Part shown: in pieces, positions 6,245 through 15,987 of the stretch
How positions within the stretch are numbered: position 1 is the first letter of the stretch
How the letters are laid out: each line of letters begins with the position of its first letter
Source: Candidatus Cloacimonadota bacterium
GTDB taxonomy: Bacteria > Cloacimonadota > Cloacimonadia > Cloacimonadales > JAJBBL01
DNA: 64,000 bases
Assembly (NCBI GenBank): GCA_019429305.1
Contig: JAHYIR010000003.1
Coordinates: 9,852 to 73,851 of the forward strand
Reading direction: 5' to 3'
The notes under the pieces: model-generated
Told to the model about the DNA's origin: nothing
The model's database searches: none
Seen by the model: the letters and a program-made list of their open reading frames with translations, nothing else
Translations under genes and position numbers: made by a program

Positions 6245-9159
6245 TTTGGTCTTCTTACTCCTGCTCTGATCTGTGTGAATGTGTCGAGATAGATCTCCTT
6301 TCCGTCTGATTTTTTTAGTTTATCCTGAATTGTAGAATGCATCAAAAAGTTACCAAATCCTTCAGTCAGAATAATTGGGTAAGGTATTGGTTCTTTACCT
6401 GTCAGTGCTACCCCGATCTCATTTCCTAAGAATTGAGTCAGATCGGCATTGTTAATGGATGGTATAACTAAACCCTTTATTTTTGCTGCTTGAGCTTTTT
6501 TGAGCAATAGAAGATCAACTGCTTGGGGACAGGCAATAATTTTTCCCTCGAAAGCAGTTAGATCGTTTTTATCAGGATCATCCAAATATTTCAAATATCC
6601 GAAGTTTTCTCTACCAAAACCGATAATACCATTGATAGTTATTCCATTATACTCAATAGTAACCGAACGGTTCTCTTCTGTCTGAATAATCTTTCCCTTA
6701 ACTCCCGGATGAAGAGTATATGGTTTCTTTAGATATTGGATAGTTATTATCCCTTTTTCATAATCAATATTTGTTATGGTACCGGTTGTCGGTGAAGTAA
6801 AGACAGTTGATTGACCTCTAGCCAGATCAGTTCTATCCTTCTTAAACATATATCTGGCAAGAGTTTCTCCTGTTCTGACAAAATCATTCTCTCTCTTCTT
6901 GAGATGTCCCTTTAAGTCTTTCGGTTTAATGCCAAGCTTCTCTGCTAAGTTGATTTTCATCGGTTTTAATGGATAATCCTGTATCTCTCTCAAGTAGATA
7001 GAACCGGTCTCATAATTAATCCTTTCAACCACTCCTCTGATATTGGAATGATAGAAGATGTTGGAGCTAAGTATACCCTTAGGTGGAATATCAAATATCT
7101 TCTGTCCGGCAGAGATCTCATCATCTTCTGATATTTTTAAACCCTCCTTAAATGTATCTTTATCAATTCTCAAGAGAGTTATTAAGTTAATGATAAACAG
7201 TCTAGGTGGGTCAAATTTTGCCTCACCTATTAAGGTGTCGGCTTTTACCTCATCACCCTCTTTAGCATAGATCTCACCCTTATAGGGTAGATTGCGGTGT
7301 AAGAGAGCGGTTCCTTCTTCTATCTGCTTATGATGCATTAAATTATCAAAACTCGTTTTTAGCTCTTCCCCATTTCCTTTGAGGTCGTAAAGTTTTAAGG
7401 TTTCGTTCATCATCTCAAAATCAAAACGATTATTTTTTCGCGTATCTATCAACAAAGGCACATCACTTTTTAACTTCAGCGGATTATCATGAGAACCGAG
7501 AGAACAACCCTTAAGACAATGGATTTCAAATTCTGCTTCCTGAGTAGGTTCAAGAAGTATTAACGAATCAGATAAAATTTCATAGTTTTCTTCTTTACCA
7601 CTCTCTTTCATCTTAATATCTAACAGTTTAAGCTTTTTCTTCGGGGCTTTGAATATCGGTTTGATCGAGAGAGCAAGTTTCTCATAGGCATATTTAAAAA
7701 GTAAAGATTCAGCTAACTTAGGGTCAACTTCACTCAATTTACCAAGATGCGGAGAGATGAAATCTTTATCGCGCCAGATCTCTGTTATTCCTTCTATATC
7801 AAAAGCATCAGCTAACATAAGTATAACTTGCTTACGATTTCGAGTACCTGTAAAAACTCCACCGGCACCAATGACAATATCAAAATCTCTTAAGAAAAAG
7901 CTACGTTTATCTACAGTTTTTTCATAATACATGGCTTCTTTGAATTTCCTCGTCATACCACTTTTGATCATCTCCAACAGGCCAATTCTCTGGATCTGGA
8001 AATTCATTTGCAAGTGGTGTTTTTGGGACATATCAATGGCTTCTCTTGCCGCTGCATGCTCTATAGCTTCTTGGATCTCATCGGATGCTATGTATGTAGG
8101 ATATAACATCTTATTACTGATGTAATTACGAATATAATTCTCATCAAGACTACTTGGCAACCATCTGCGGATATTGGCAAACCCACTCTCTGCCATGACA
8201 TTGGTGATACTATAACTCATCCCATAGTTGGCACTTACAGTTCGATAGTATCTACCAAAGATGTTAGAGAATATATCGGTTGTAGCTCCTCCGATATCGA
8301 CAGCTATAACATGTTTCTGGAAATAATTACTAATTACTTCCAGTGATTTTATAACTCCGGAAGGTGTAGGTATTATTGCATCTGTTACGATCTGTTTTAA
8401 CTCACTATAACCGGGTGCCTGTTCCATTACATTTTCCATAAATAGACGATGGATCTCGTCTCTTGCCGGTTCAAGATTCTCTTCTTTCATATTAGGACGG
8501 ATATTGGGCACAAAATGAAGATCGAACTTATTTTCAAACATTGTCTGAATAAAATCTCTCGCCTCTACATTTCCGGCATAGATCAAAGGGATCTTAGAAG
8601 ATACACCGAATTTAGGTTTGGGGTTAGATACATTGAGCATCTCCCCCATTCTAATGACAGAAGCTAAAGCACCCCCGTCTATACCGCCAGAAAAAAGAAT
8701 GATATCGGGGCGAAGCAGATCTATTAATTGAATCCTTTCAATGATCGATCGTTTGTCATCTATGGCAAGAGTATCGAGAATTACTCCACCGGCACCATAA
8801 GCTGCTCTTTGAGCACTGCTGGCAGATTCATTGAGAGATAGCCCTATGACAAGGATTTGTAAGCCACCACCGGCACTACTGGTCGTGAGGTAACTAACTT
8901 CTTTTGCTATAGTTACATTCTTTTCATCTGATTCAGGTGTAAGAAGCTGAAAACCATTCTTCTTTTCTAAGTGACGTAAGACACGGTAAAGACCAATCTT
9001 AACATCATCATAAGGTGATTCAACAGTAGTCGCCTCTTTTTCTATACCGACAAGAGAATATGTATCCTCTTCCTGTTGTAATAATATGGATTTGGTGTTT
9101 GTACTACCTATATCTGTAATTAGAAGGTATTTAGTATCAATCATATCTACTCCCGCCAT
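6226..9159 (-). CDS. Large fusion protein: N-terminal GlmL/MutL-like ASKHA ATPase-fold domain plus a ~500-aa C-terminal region with repeated barrel-sandwich-like segments
   Basis: The N-terminus has LLITDIGSTNTKSILL and TSSAGGGLQ, reminiscent of glutamate mutase accessory protein GlmL. The C-terminal half has GDEVKADTLIGEAKF-type motifs. A likelier start is the ATG at 9144, preceded by GGGAG. Confidence 0.6.
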   Translation of the reverse strand: MAGVDMIDTKYLLITDIGSTNTKSILLQQEEDTYSLVGIEKEATTVESPYDDVKIGLYRVLRHLEKKNGFQLLTPESDEKNVTIAKEVSYLTTSSAGGGLQILVIGLSLNESASSAQRAAYGAGGVILDTLAIDDKRSIIERIQLIDLLRPDIILFSGGIDGGALASVIRMGEMLNVSNPKPKFGVSSKIPLIYAGNVEARDFIQTMFENKFDLHFVPNIRPNMKEENLEPARDEIHRLFMENVMEQAPGYSELKQIVTDAIIPTPSGVIKSLEVISNYFQKHVIAVDIGGATTDIFSNIFGRYYRTVSANYGMSYSITNVMAESGFANIRRWLPSSLDENYIRNYISNKMLYPTYIASDEIQEAIEHAAAREAIDMSQKHHLQMNFQIQRIGLLEMIKSGMTRKFKEAMYYEKTVDKRSFFLRDFDIVIGAGGVFTGTRNRKQVILMLADAFDIEGITEIWRDKDFISPHLGKLSEVDPKLAESLLFKYAYEKLALSIKPIFKAPKKKLKLLDIKMKESGKEENYEILSDSLILLEPTQEAEFEIHCLKGCSLGSHDNPLKLKSDVPLLIDTRKNNRFDFEMMNETLKLYDLKGNGEELKTSFDNLMHHKQIEEGTALLHRNLPYKGEIYAKEGDEVKADTLIGEAKFDPPRLFIINLITLLRIDKDTFKEGLKISEDDEISAGQKIFDIPPKGILSSNIFYHSNIRGVVERINYETGSIYLREIQDYPLKPMKINLAEKLGIKPKDLKGHLKKRENDFVRTGETLARYMFKKDRTDLARGQSTVFTSPTTGTITNIDYEKGIITIQYLKKPYTLHPGVKGKIIQTEENRSVTIEYNGITINGIIGFGRENFGYLKYLDDPDKNDLTAFEGKIIACPQAVDLLLLKKAQAAKIKGLVIPSINNADLTQFLGNEIGVALTGKEPIPYPIILTEGFGNFLMHSTIQDKLKKSDGKEIYLDTFTQIRAGVRRPKIIITD

Positions 9160-9523
9160 TATTAATGCTTTTAAGTACTAATTAGCCCCGAAGAACCAAC
9201 GTTGTCAAGTGCAATATTTAACTCTTGGATTTTGCTATTATTTCCAATATCAACTATTTTGTCCCTTTGTATCAATTGATTATAAAATGATCAGTTTAAG
9301 AATGAAATTGTTAAAGATTTTTTGATTCAGGATACTAGAAAAGTTTTATCTCGAGATAAGAGAAACTAGTCTCTCAAAATTTTTTTTAGAGGCAAAATCC
9401 TATCTGTAAAAGGGAATTGACGATGTTAAGATATCTGCAGAAAAAATATAGCTTGACAAGGTGAACCAGTGAATTACCTTACCACCAGACAGGAGATGAG
9501 AGAAAAGAAAATGGAGGTGAAAA

Positions 9524-9904
9524 ATGAAATTCTTTGATGATCAGATGCCGATTTACATTCAAATGAGGCAGGAGATCGAAAAAGCAATTATCAAAGGTTT
9601 GATAAAAGAAGATGAGATGATACCCTCCACTCGTATGTTATCTCAAACATATCAGATCAATCAAAAGACAGCGGTAAATGCTTTAAGCGATTTAATCAAC
9701 GAGCAGATCCTATACAAGCGAAGAGGTATAGGAATTTTTGTCAGTCCCGGCTCGAGGAAAAAGTTAAGAGAGCGCAAGAAGAAAGAGTTTCGGGAAGAGG
9801 ATTTAATTTCTATTATAATGACAGGGAAAGAGCTTGGCATCAAAAAAGAGGAGATATTAAAAACAATAGAGACTATCTATCAGCAAGAAGGAGAAGAGAA
9901 ATGA
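9524..9904 (+). CDS. GntR-family transcriptional regulator, YtrA-like short subfamily
   Basis: Winged-HTH block IPSTRMLSQTYQINQKTAVNALSDLINEQILYKRRGIGIFV. 126 aa. The stop overlaps the next start (ATGA). Confidence 0.8.
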   Translation: MKFFDDQMPIYIQMRQEIEKAIIKGLIKEDEMIPSTRMLSQTYQINQKTAVNALSDLINEQILYKRRGIGIFVSPGSRKKLRERKKKEFREEDLISIIMTGKELGIKKEEILKTIETIYQQEGEEK

Positions 9905-10749
9905 ATGCAATCGAGATATCACAATTAAGCAAGTATTATGGAAAATTTAAGGCATTAGACCAAGTGAATCTCACCATACCGAGTGGCAGAATAATTGGTC
10001 TGTTTGGTAAGAATGGAGCAGGTAAATCTACCTTAATGAAATGTCTTTTAGGGTTTTTAAAGCATGATGGTGAAATCAAGGTAATGGGTAAGCCACTATC
10101 AGAGCATAAGCATCATCTGTTTAATGAGCTGGCATTTATACCTGATGTTAGTATTATTGATGACCGCTTAACTGTTCAGCAGACAATTGATTATGTCTCG
10201 AATATTAACCCTGCATGGAACAGTCTTCGTGCTCAAAGATTACAGGAGATCAGCAAACTACCTATGAATAAGAAAGTGGGAAAACTCTCTAAAGGCATGA
10301 AAACAAAGCTTTATCTAATGATTACTCTATCACTCGATGTCAGCATATTGCTGTTAGATGAGCCAACCATTGGCTTGGATATTGCCTTTCGCAGGGAATT
10401 TTTCAGCACAATATTAGGCGAGTTTTATGATGATTCCAAAACGATCCTTATATCAACCCATCAGGTAGAGGAAGTAGAGCATATTCTAAACGATATCATC
10501 TTTATTGATGAGGGTAAGATCATACTACACGATGGCATTGAAGAACTAAAGAATAGATATAGTATCATTTCTGTCCCGACAGAACAGAAAGATGAATTTA
10601 TGAAACTTAATCCCAGATTAATTACCCCAAAATTAGGTTCTATCAGCGGGTTAGTAGAGAAGTCAGCGGTAATAGAGGGTGCAGAATATAGACGACCATC
10701 ATTAACCGACCTCTTTCTCGCGGAAGTAGGAGGATATTATGAAAACTAA
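9901..10749 (+). CDS. ABC transporter ATP-binding protein
   Basis: Walker A GKNGAGKST, signature-like LSKGMKTKL, Walker B LLLDEPTIGLD. Confidence 0.9.
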   Translation: MNAIEISQLSKYYGKFKALDQVNLTIPSGRIIGLFGKNGAGKSTLMKCLLGFLKHDGEIKVMGKPLSEHKHHLFNELAFIPDVSIIDDRLTVQQTIDYVSNINPAWNSLRAQRLQEISKLPMNKKVGKLSKGMKTKLYLMITLSLDVSILLLDEPTIGLDIAFRREFFSTILGEFYDDSKTILISTHQVEEVEHILNDIIFIDEGKIILHDGIEELKNRYSIISVPTEQKDEFMKLNPRLITPKLGSISGLVEKSAVIEGAEYRRPSLTDLFLAEVGGYYEN

Positions 10750-11632
10750 TCAAGCATTAATAAAAAAAGAGGTGATAGTATTAGGAAAGAAGTTATTTAT
10801 ACCGGTTTGGATTTTAGCTGCTATCTATGCTGTTATAATTCTAATGATAGTCTTCTCTCTCATTTATAATAAAGGGAACGCTGCGATAATAGATGGAGAG
10901 GCATTGTCTCTCAGAGAAGTAATCCGAACAATACCGACTGAGGTTGTAGAGCAGTATAAGCAAATTGGTTATGTTTACAACTATATAGCGGCTTTATCAA
11001 TATCAATTCTCTTTCTTTTGACTCTTGCCTTAACGACTAATAATGCCTTAAATGTTAATCATAGAGATAATTACGAGCTGTTTCACAGAGCGCAACCGGT
11101 CTCAATACTCAGAAAAACAATGTTGAAGTTCATAGCTATAGTCGGAAGTAATTGGCTGATATTTTTTGGCTTATGTTTGATAAATTTTCTAATTACTAAC
11201 GCCGTGATCAGTATATTGCTACGAGAAGTAATGCCTTGGAATTTCTGGTTCGGATTTATTGGATTATTACATTGGGCAGTCCCAATATTATTTATATCAG
11301 CCATATTTATTGCTCTTACCTTTCTGGTATCAGCGCTATTTCAGGATGCAGCGAACACAAAATTTGTTGGTATTATTTTTGGATTCTGGATTATTGGGCT
11401 GATCTTTAACAATATCTATGGCTGGAATATTCCCTCCCCCTTCGACTATATCTTCTCTGTTATCAATATTGGATGGAATAATATAAGTTCAATAAGTCCT
11501 TATGATTCTGAATTTACTTTGCCTAATTGGTCATTCCTAATCAATTGGAAAACACTTGTTCATATAGTTGTTGGCGCTGTATTCTTATATTTAGGGACTA
11601 TAATATACAGTAAGAGAGAAATCAAACAATAA
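10739..11632 (+). CDS. Polytopic membrane protein, putative permease partner of the ABC ATPase
   Basis: About six hydrophobic helices. Overlaps the ATPase gene by 11 nt. I recognise no family. Confidence 0.55.
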   Translation: MKTNQALIKKEVIVLGKKLFIPVWILAAIYAVIILMIVFSLIYNKGNAAIIDGEALSLREVIRTIPTEVVEQYKQIGYVYNYIAALSISILFLLTLALTTNNALNVNHRDNYELFHRAQPVSILRKTMLKFIAIVGSNWLIFFGLCLINFLITNAVISILLREVMPWNFWFGFIGLLHWAVPILFISAIFIALTFLVSALFQDAANTKFVGIIFGFWIIGLIFNNIYGWNIPSPFDYIFSVINIGWNNISSISPYDSEFTLPNWSFLINWKTLVHIVVGAVFLYLGTIIYSKREIKQ

Positions 11633-11656
11633 TCTATAACATAGAGAGGAGAGTTT

Positions 11657-14071
11657 ATGAAATTAAGAACTAACGTATTGATTGGCTTAGTATTAGTCAT
11701 TCTGTTATCAGCAAATGTACTTACTGCCCAGACCGGATCTGTAGCAACTGCTGATGACTATACTGCATCTGAAATAAATCCGGCAGCACTGATGTATGGT
11801 AATGCAGCAGGGATTGCCTTTGAAGATTTCTTTGATGAAGATGGCTTAGAAGGAAGATATCGCATCTTCTTCAATTGGGATAGTTTTGCTTTTGTTTACG
11901 GAAAAGTCGGAAGTAGTAATAATTATCGCCTATCAACATCTACCCAGCTATTCCGAAATATCTATCTCGGTGGAGATACATATTGGCTTAATAGTGACAT
12001 TAAAGATGCCGATTATTCTATCTCTGCTTTATACAGACCGCATAATTTGCTGAGCTTAGGATTGAATGCCAAGAATATCAATCGCAAGTATCCTGGTTAT
12101 CATACCGGTATAGGGATCAGACCGTTGTGGGGAACAGGTTATTGGGGCGACAGGATAATCCTCACCGGTGATATTAGCTATACCGAGAAAAGAGATGCAG
12201 AGAGAAGAGAATTATCATGGGATAAACCGACAATAGGTTTGGAAACAGAGTTGATCAACGGAATAAAAATTTCCGGCGCTTATAATTTGGAAAGCGAAAC
12301 GATAGGTATCAACTTTTCCTTAGCTATGAAAAGATCAAGAGTAGGATCAGCAGTTAATTTTGATGAGAATAATGATTACACCGGTGGAAAATACTACATC
12401 TTTCTAGCGAAAAAGGATCATCGTTCATTACCTTTTCCCATCAAACGTGATAATCTCTATGAATATACAATGAGAAGAGAGATAGTAGATGAGAAAGAGA
12501 GAAGTAGGTTTGGTCCCTTTTTGATGGTCAAGAATCAAGAAACAATGAAGAGGACAATAGAGAGGATCAGAGTCTTAAAAGAAGATGATTCGATACAGGG
12601 TATTGTGTTCAAGAATCCTCAACTAAACACCAATTATGCTAACATGCTGGAACTTCGCAGGGAACTACTCGATTTCAAAGAAAAAGGGAAGAAGATCGTT
12701 GTTTATAGTGATAACTACGGAAATCTTCATTATGCTTTCTTTGCTTCGATAGCCGATGCAATATATCTAAACCCGAATGGTGCTGTTAACTTGATAGGTT
12801 TCTCGATTGCTATACCGTATTTATCTGATATGTTAGATAAGCTCGGTATTGATATACACGATTTACGGAGTCATGATTTTAAAACTGGTTTGAATATCTT
12901 CACCGAATCGGAAATGACCGAAGCAGAAAAGGCAACTTATAATGATCTGTTAGACGACTATTATCAATACCTGACCATCTTAATTGAAGAGGGGAGAGGC
13001 AGCAAGATAAAATCGAATATTGATGACTTAATTGATAATGGACCTTACCTGTCGGCACATAATGCTTTAGAAGTTGGTTTGATCGACAAGATAATCTATG
13101 AAGATGAACTGGAAGATGAACTAAAAAACCTGTATGCTAATCCAAAGGTAACGAAAGAGTTCCCAAACGAAAAAATGAATCTTACATGGTCAGAAACACC
13201 AAAAGCCACTATAGCCGTGATTTATGCTACGGGTGATATTGTAATGAGTAAAGGTGCACCTGGCAGAAGAATAGGTGGCAAAACAACGGCAGAACAGATC
13301 AAAAAAGCCAGAGAAGATAAGAGTGTAAAAGGTATTATTTTGAGGGTTAACAGTGGTGGTGGATCTGCTTATGCTTCCGATCTAATAGCGAGAGAGGTTA
13401 AAAAATGTCGAGAAGAAGGCAAACCGCTAGTAGTTTCAATGGGTGGAGCAGCTGCATCAGGTGGTTATTATATCTCAGCTTATGCCGACAAGATAGTTGC
13501 CGAACCTACAACAGTGACCGGTTCTATTGGAGTGACCGGATTAATACCAAACTTTAATCGCTTATTTAATAAAATAGCCATCAGATGGTCTTCACTCAAG
13601 AGAGGAGAGCATTCGGATCTGCTTGCCCTTTACCGTCCCATAGAAGAGGAAGAAGTTTTGCTATTAAGAAGCTATATAATGGAGAGCTATGATCAGTTTG
13701 TCAATGCTGTAGCCGAAGGAAGAGGAATGAGTTATGATCAAGTACATCAAATAGCACAAGGGAGAGTATGGTCTGGCAAAAGAGCAAAAGAACTCGGTTT
13801 AATTGATGAATTAGGTGGAATGAAAGAAGCGATAGAGATAATGAAAGGATTAGTTGGCTACAAAGAACTTGAGTTAAAGGACTATTCCTACAGTTTCAGT
13901 GGATTCTCCTTGAATATCCAAAGAAGCGGAGTATTCTTTAAGCCACAGAGCTTAATCAAACTACCGGAAGAAGTAGAGTTACTGATGGAATATAAAGAGA
14001 TGCATGATAAGTGGGAGAATGAGAGGGGATTATACCTAATGCCGTTATTTGATATCAAAGGTATAGAATAG
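11657..14071 (+). CDS. sppA: Signal peptide peptidase SppA (67K type) with a ~270-aa N-terminal extension
   Basis: Tandem S49 domains. The second has NSGGGSAYASD and SMGGAAASGGYYISAYADKIVAEP. N-terminal signal peptide MKLRTNVLIGLVLVILLSANVLTAQ. Confidence 0.8.
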   Translation: MKLRTNVLIGLVLVILLSANVLTAQTGSVATADDYTASEINPAALMYGNAAGIAFEDFFDEDGLEGRYRIFFNWDSFAFVYGKVGSSNNYRLSTSTQLFRNIYLGGDTYWLNSDIKDADYSISALYRPHNLLSLGLNAKNINRKYPGYHTGIGIRPLWGTGYWGDRIILTGDISYTEKRDAERRELSWDKPTIGLETELINGIKISGAYNLESETIGINFSLAMKRSRVGSAVNFDENNDYTGGKYYIFLAKKDHRSLPFPIKRDNLYEYTMRREIVDEKERSRFGPFLMVKNQETMKRTIERIRVLKEDDSIQGIVFKNPQLNTNYANMLELRRELLDFKEKGKKIVVYSDNYGNLHYAFFASIADAIYLNPNGAVNLIGFSIAIPYLSDMLDKLGIDIHDLRSHDFKTGLNIFTESEMTEAEKATYNDLLDDYYQYLTILIEEGRGSKIKSNIDDLIDNGPYLSAHNALEVGLIDKIIYEDELEDELKNLYANPKVTKEFPNEKMNLTWSETPKATIAVIYATGDIVMSKGAPGRRIGGKTTAEQIKKAREDKSVKGIILRVNSGGGSAYASDLIAREVKKCREEGKPLVVSMGGAAASGGYYISAYADKIVAEPTTVTGSIGVTGLIPNFNRLFNKIAIRWSSLKRGEHSDLLALYRPIEEEEVLLLRSYIMESYDQFVNAVAEGRGMSYDQVHQIAQGRVWSGKRAKELGLIDELGGMKEAIEIMKGLVGYKELELKDYSYSFSGFSLNIQRSGVFFKPQSLIKLPEEVELLMEYKEMHDKWENERGLYLMPLFDIKGIE

Positions 14072-14088
14072 GCAATAAGAATAGATAG

Positions 14089-14115
14089 AAAAGGGCTGAT
14101 CTAATCAGCCCTTTT
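14089..14115. terminator. Bidirectional rho-independent terminator between the convergent sppA and purE genes
   Basis: aaaagggctgat-cta-atcagcccttttc: a perfect stem flanked by A-run and T-run. Confidence 0.6.
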
Positions 14116-14150
14116 CTTATGTTATAAAGCAGAATGTTTCACGTGAAACA

Positions 14151-14606
14151 TCAGCCGTTTGCCAACTCTGATTTGAATTCCAACATTTTCTTCAAGTAAT
14201 TATCATCACTCGAACCCAAAATCTGGCAGGCAAGAATAGCGGCGTTTTTACCACCATTAATAGCTACTGTTGCGACCGGAACACCTACCGGCATCTGAAC
14301 TATAGAATAGAGAGCATCTTCACCCGACAAGCTATTGCCCTTTACCGGAACTCCAATAACAGGCAGAGGAGTATGAGCTGCTACTACACCTGGTAGATGG
14401 GCTGCCATACCGGCTACTGCTATGATCACTTTAATTCCTTCTTGATGAGCATTATGAGCTAACTTCATAGTTGCTTCAGGATTACGATGAGCTGATGAAA
14501 CATAAAAGTCATAGGGGATAGCAAATTTTTCGAGATAAGTTTTTATATCTTCGCCAATTGCCATATCGGACTTGCTGCCTAATATCACTCTAACTAACTT
14601 CTGCAT
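14151..14606 (-). CDS. purE: 5-(carboxyamino)imidazole ribonucleotide mutase
   Basis: ILGSKSDMAIG and AVAGMAAHLPGVVAAHTPLPVIGVPV are hallmark PurE blocks. 151 aa. Confidence 0.9.
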   Translation of the reverse strand: MQKLVRVILGSKSDMAIGEDIKTYLEKFAIPYDFYVSSAHRNPEATMKLAHNAHQEGIKVIIAVAGMAAHLPGVVAAHTPLPVIGVPVKGNSLSGEDALYSIVQMPVGVPVATVAINGGKNAAILACQILGSSDDNYLKKMLEFKSELANG

Positions 14607-14703
14607 TTTTTCCTCATATATGTTTGTTTTTGGGACTATAATATTATAGATTCTAAAGAGTTATGCACCTTATATCGAAAATGTAATCGGAGTTTTTGAT
14701 ATG

Positions 14704-15363
14704 TTATTTATGAAGGGTCAATAAGTTAACTACTTCTTCCGGATTTTTAGCATTCTTAAGTGCCTGTAAATTCTCATCTTTCATGATAAACTTGGAGATA
14801 TAGGAAAGAGAGAAGAGATGTTGCTTATCATTGTGTAGCAGTAGCATAAAGAAAAGGGTTACAGATTCATTATCAGGTGCATCGAACTCTACGCCCTGTT
14901 CACATCTCCCGAACAGAATGGAAGGTTTCTTAATTTTAGAGGGGTGATGGTGTCTGGGATGCAATAAGGCAACCCCTTTACCTACAGCAGTTGAAACCAA
15001 TTCTTCACGAGCAACGACAACTTCATAAAGCCATCTTTGATCGCGTACGATTTTCAGTTCTTTAGCCATGATGGACATCTTTGCTATAGCTTCGTATTTA
15101 TTATCCGCTTCGAAGTTCATATTGATGTATTCCGGCAGAAAATAATCTTGGAATCTACAAACAGTTCTTTTCAGAGCCAGCATCTGTTCTTCACTTTCAT
15201 TCAATTTTGCCAACCATTCATCTATATCACTTTTATTTATCTTTTGTGTGTTACCTGATTTAACTGCTTTAAAGACATTATCATTGATCATTTCTTTTAT
15301 CACATTAGGGCTAACTTTCAGTAATTTAGCAGTCTCATTAACAGTGAGCAGATTTTTTTTCAT
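14704..15363 (-). CDS. Fusion of an excisionase/MerR-like HTH with a PTS EIIA type-2 (PtsN-like) domain
   Basis: The start is placed at the internal ATG (15363), preceded by GGAGG. HTH block LLTVNETAKLLKVSPNVIKEMI. EIIA-like block GKGVALLHPRHHHP. The ORF-track start at 15450 contains a TTGACA and lacks an RBS. Confidence 0.65.
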   Translation of the reverse strand: MKKNLLTVNETAKLLKVSPNVIKEMINDNVFKAVKSGNTQKINKSDIDEWLAKLNESEEQMLALKRTVCRFQDYFLPEYINMNFEADNKYEAIAKMSIMAKELKIVRDQRWLYEVVVAREELVSTAVGKGVALLHPRHHHPSKIKKPSILFGRCEQGVEFDAPDNESVTLFFMLLLHNDKQHLFSLSYISKFIMKDENLQALKNAKNPEEVVNLLTLHK

Positions 15364-15477
15364 CCCGACAACCTCCGTAGTTTTGGATTGAAGCAGATAT
15401 TTAAAAAACCATTTCTTTTTGTCAAGTATATCAGTATTATTTCTTGACATAAAAAGGTCGTGAGGTGACTTGAAAAT

Positions 15478-15981
15478 ATGAAATTACCGTATATTAAAGG
15501 CATTATAGCCATTTTATTAATCCTCTCCGGATGTACTTATTCTCTTCGGATGAATCAGTATCCCCATCTTAGAGATGTGATGCTAATCCCTTTTGAGAAT
15601 GAGACCTTAGAACTCTATCTGGAAGAGGAGTTAAGAAATTCGATAATCGCCTCGTTTCAACAGGACGGCAGATTACGTATTGCTTATGATAATCCTGACA
15701 GTCAGATTGAGGGGCGTATAATTGATTACACCAATACAATTTATGGATATAATATAGATCAGACTATTGAAGAGTATCAGGTAAGATTAGTAATAGCAAT
15801 AACTTTTACCGATCTGATCCGCAATGAAGTAATCTGGGAAAGCAGAAATTTAACTATAACAGAGAGATATACTCCTCAGACAACTGTAGCTGTGAAGTGG
15901 CAGAATGAAGAAGAGGCAAGGAATGAAATATATCAGGAGTTATTTAGAATAATAATCCGCAATAGTTTAGAGGCATGGTAA
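15478..15981 (+). CDS. Lipoprotein, LptE-like (LPS-assembly lipoprotein candidate)
   Basis: Lipobox LILSGC followed by TYSLRMN...IPFENETLE, resembling the LptE N-terminal pattern. 167 aa. Confidence 0.5.
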   Translation: MKLPYIKGIIAILLILSGCTYSLRMNQYPHLRDVMLIPFENETLELYLEEELRNSIIASFQQDGRLRIAYDNPDSQIEGRIIDYTNTIYGYNIDQTIEEYQVRLVIAITFTDLIRNEVIWESRNLTITERYTPQTTVAVKWQNEEEARNEIYQELFRIIIRNSLEAW

Positions 15982-15987
15982 GCAGAG

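Noticed and set aside
9160-9523. Promoters or operators in the divergent spacer between the GlmL-like gene and the GntR gene (TTGACG near 9416, TTGACA near 9453)
   Set aside because: The -35-like hexamers lack convincingly spaced -10 elements, and I found no clear palindromic operator. The evidence is too weak to report as features.
14607-14703. Purine riboswitch upstream of purE
   Set aside because: Reading the minus strand, I found no match to the conserved purine aptamer core (the UAUAAU...CCGACUAUG pattern) and no convincing three-way junction.
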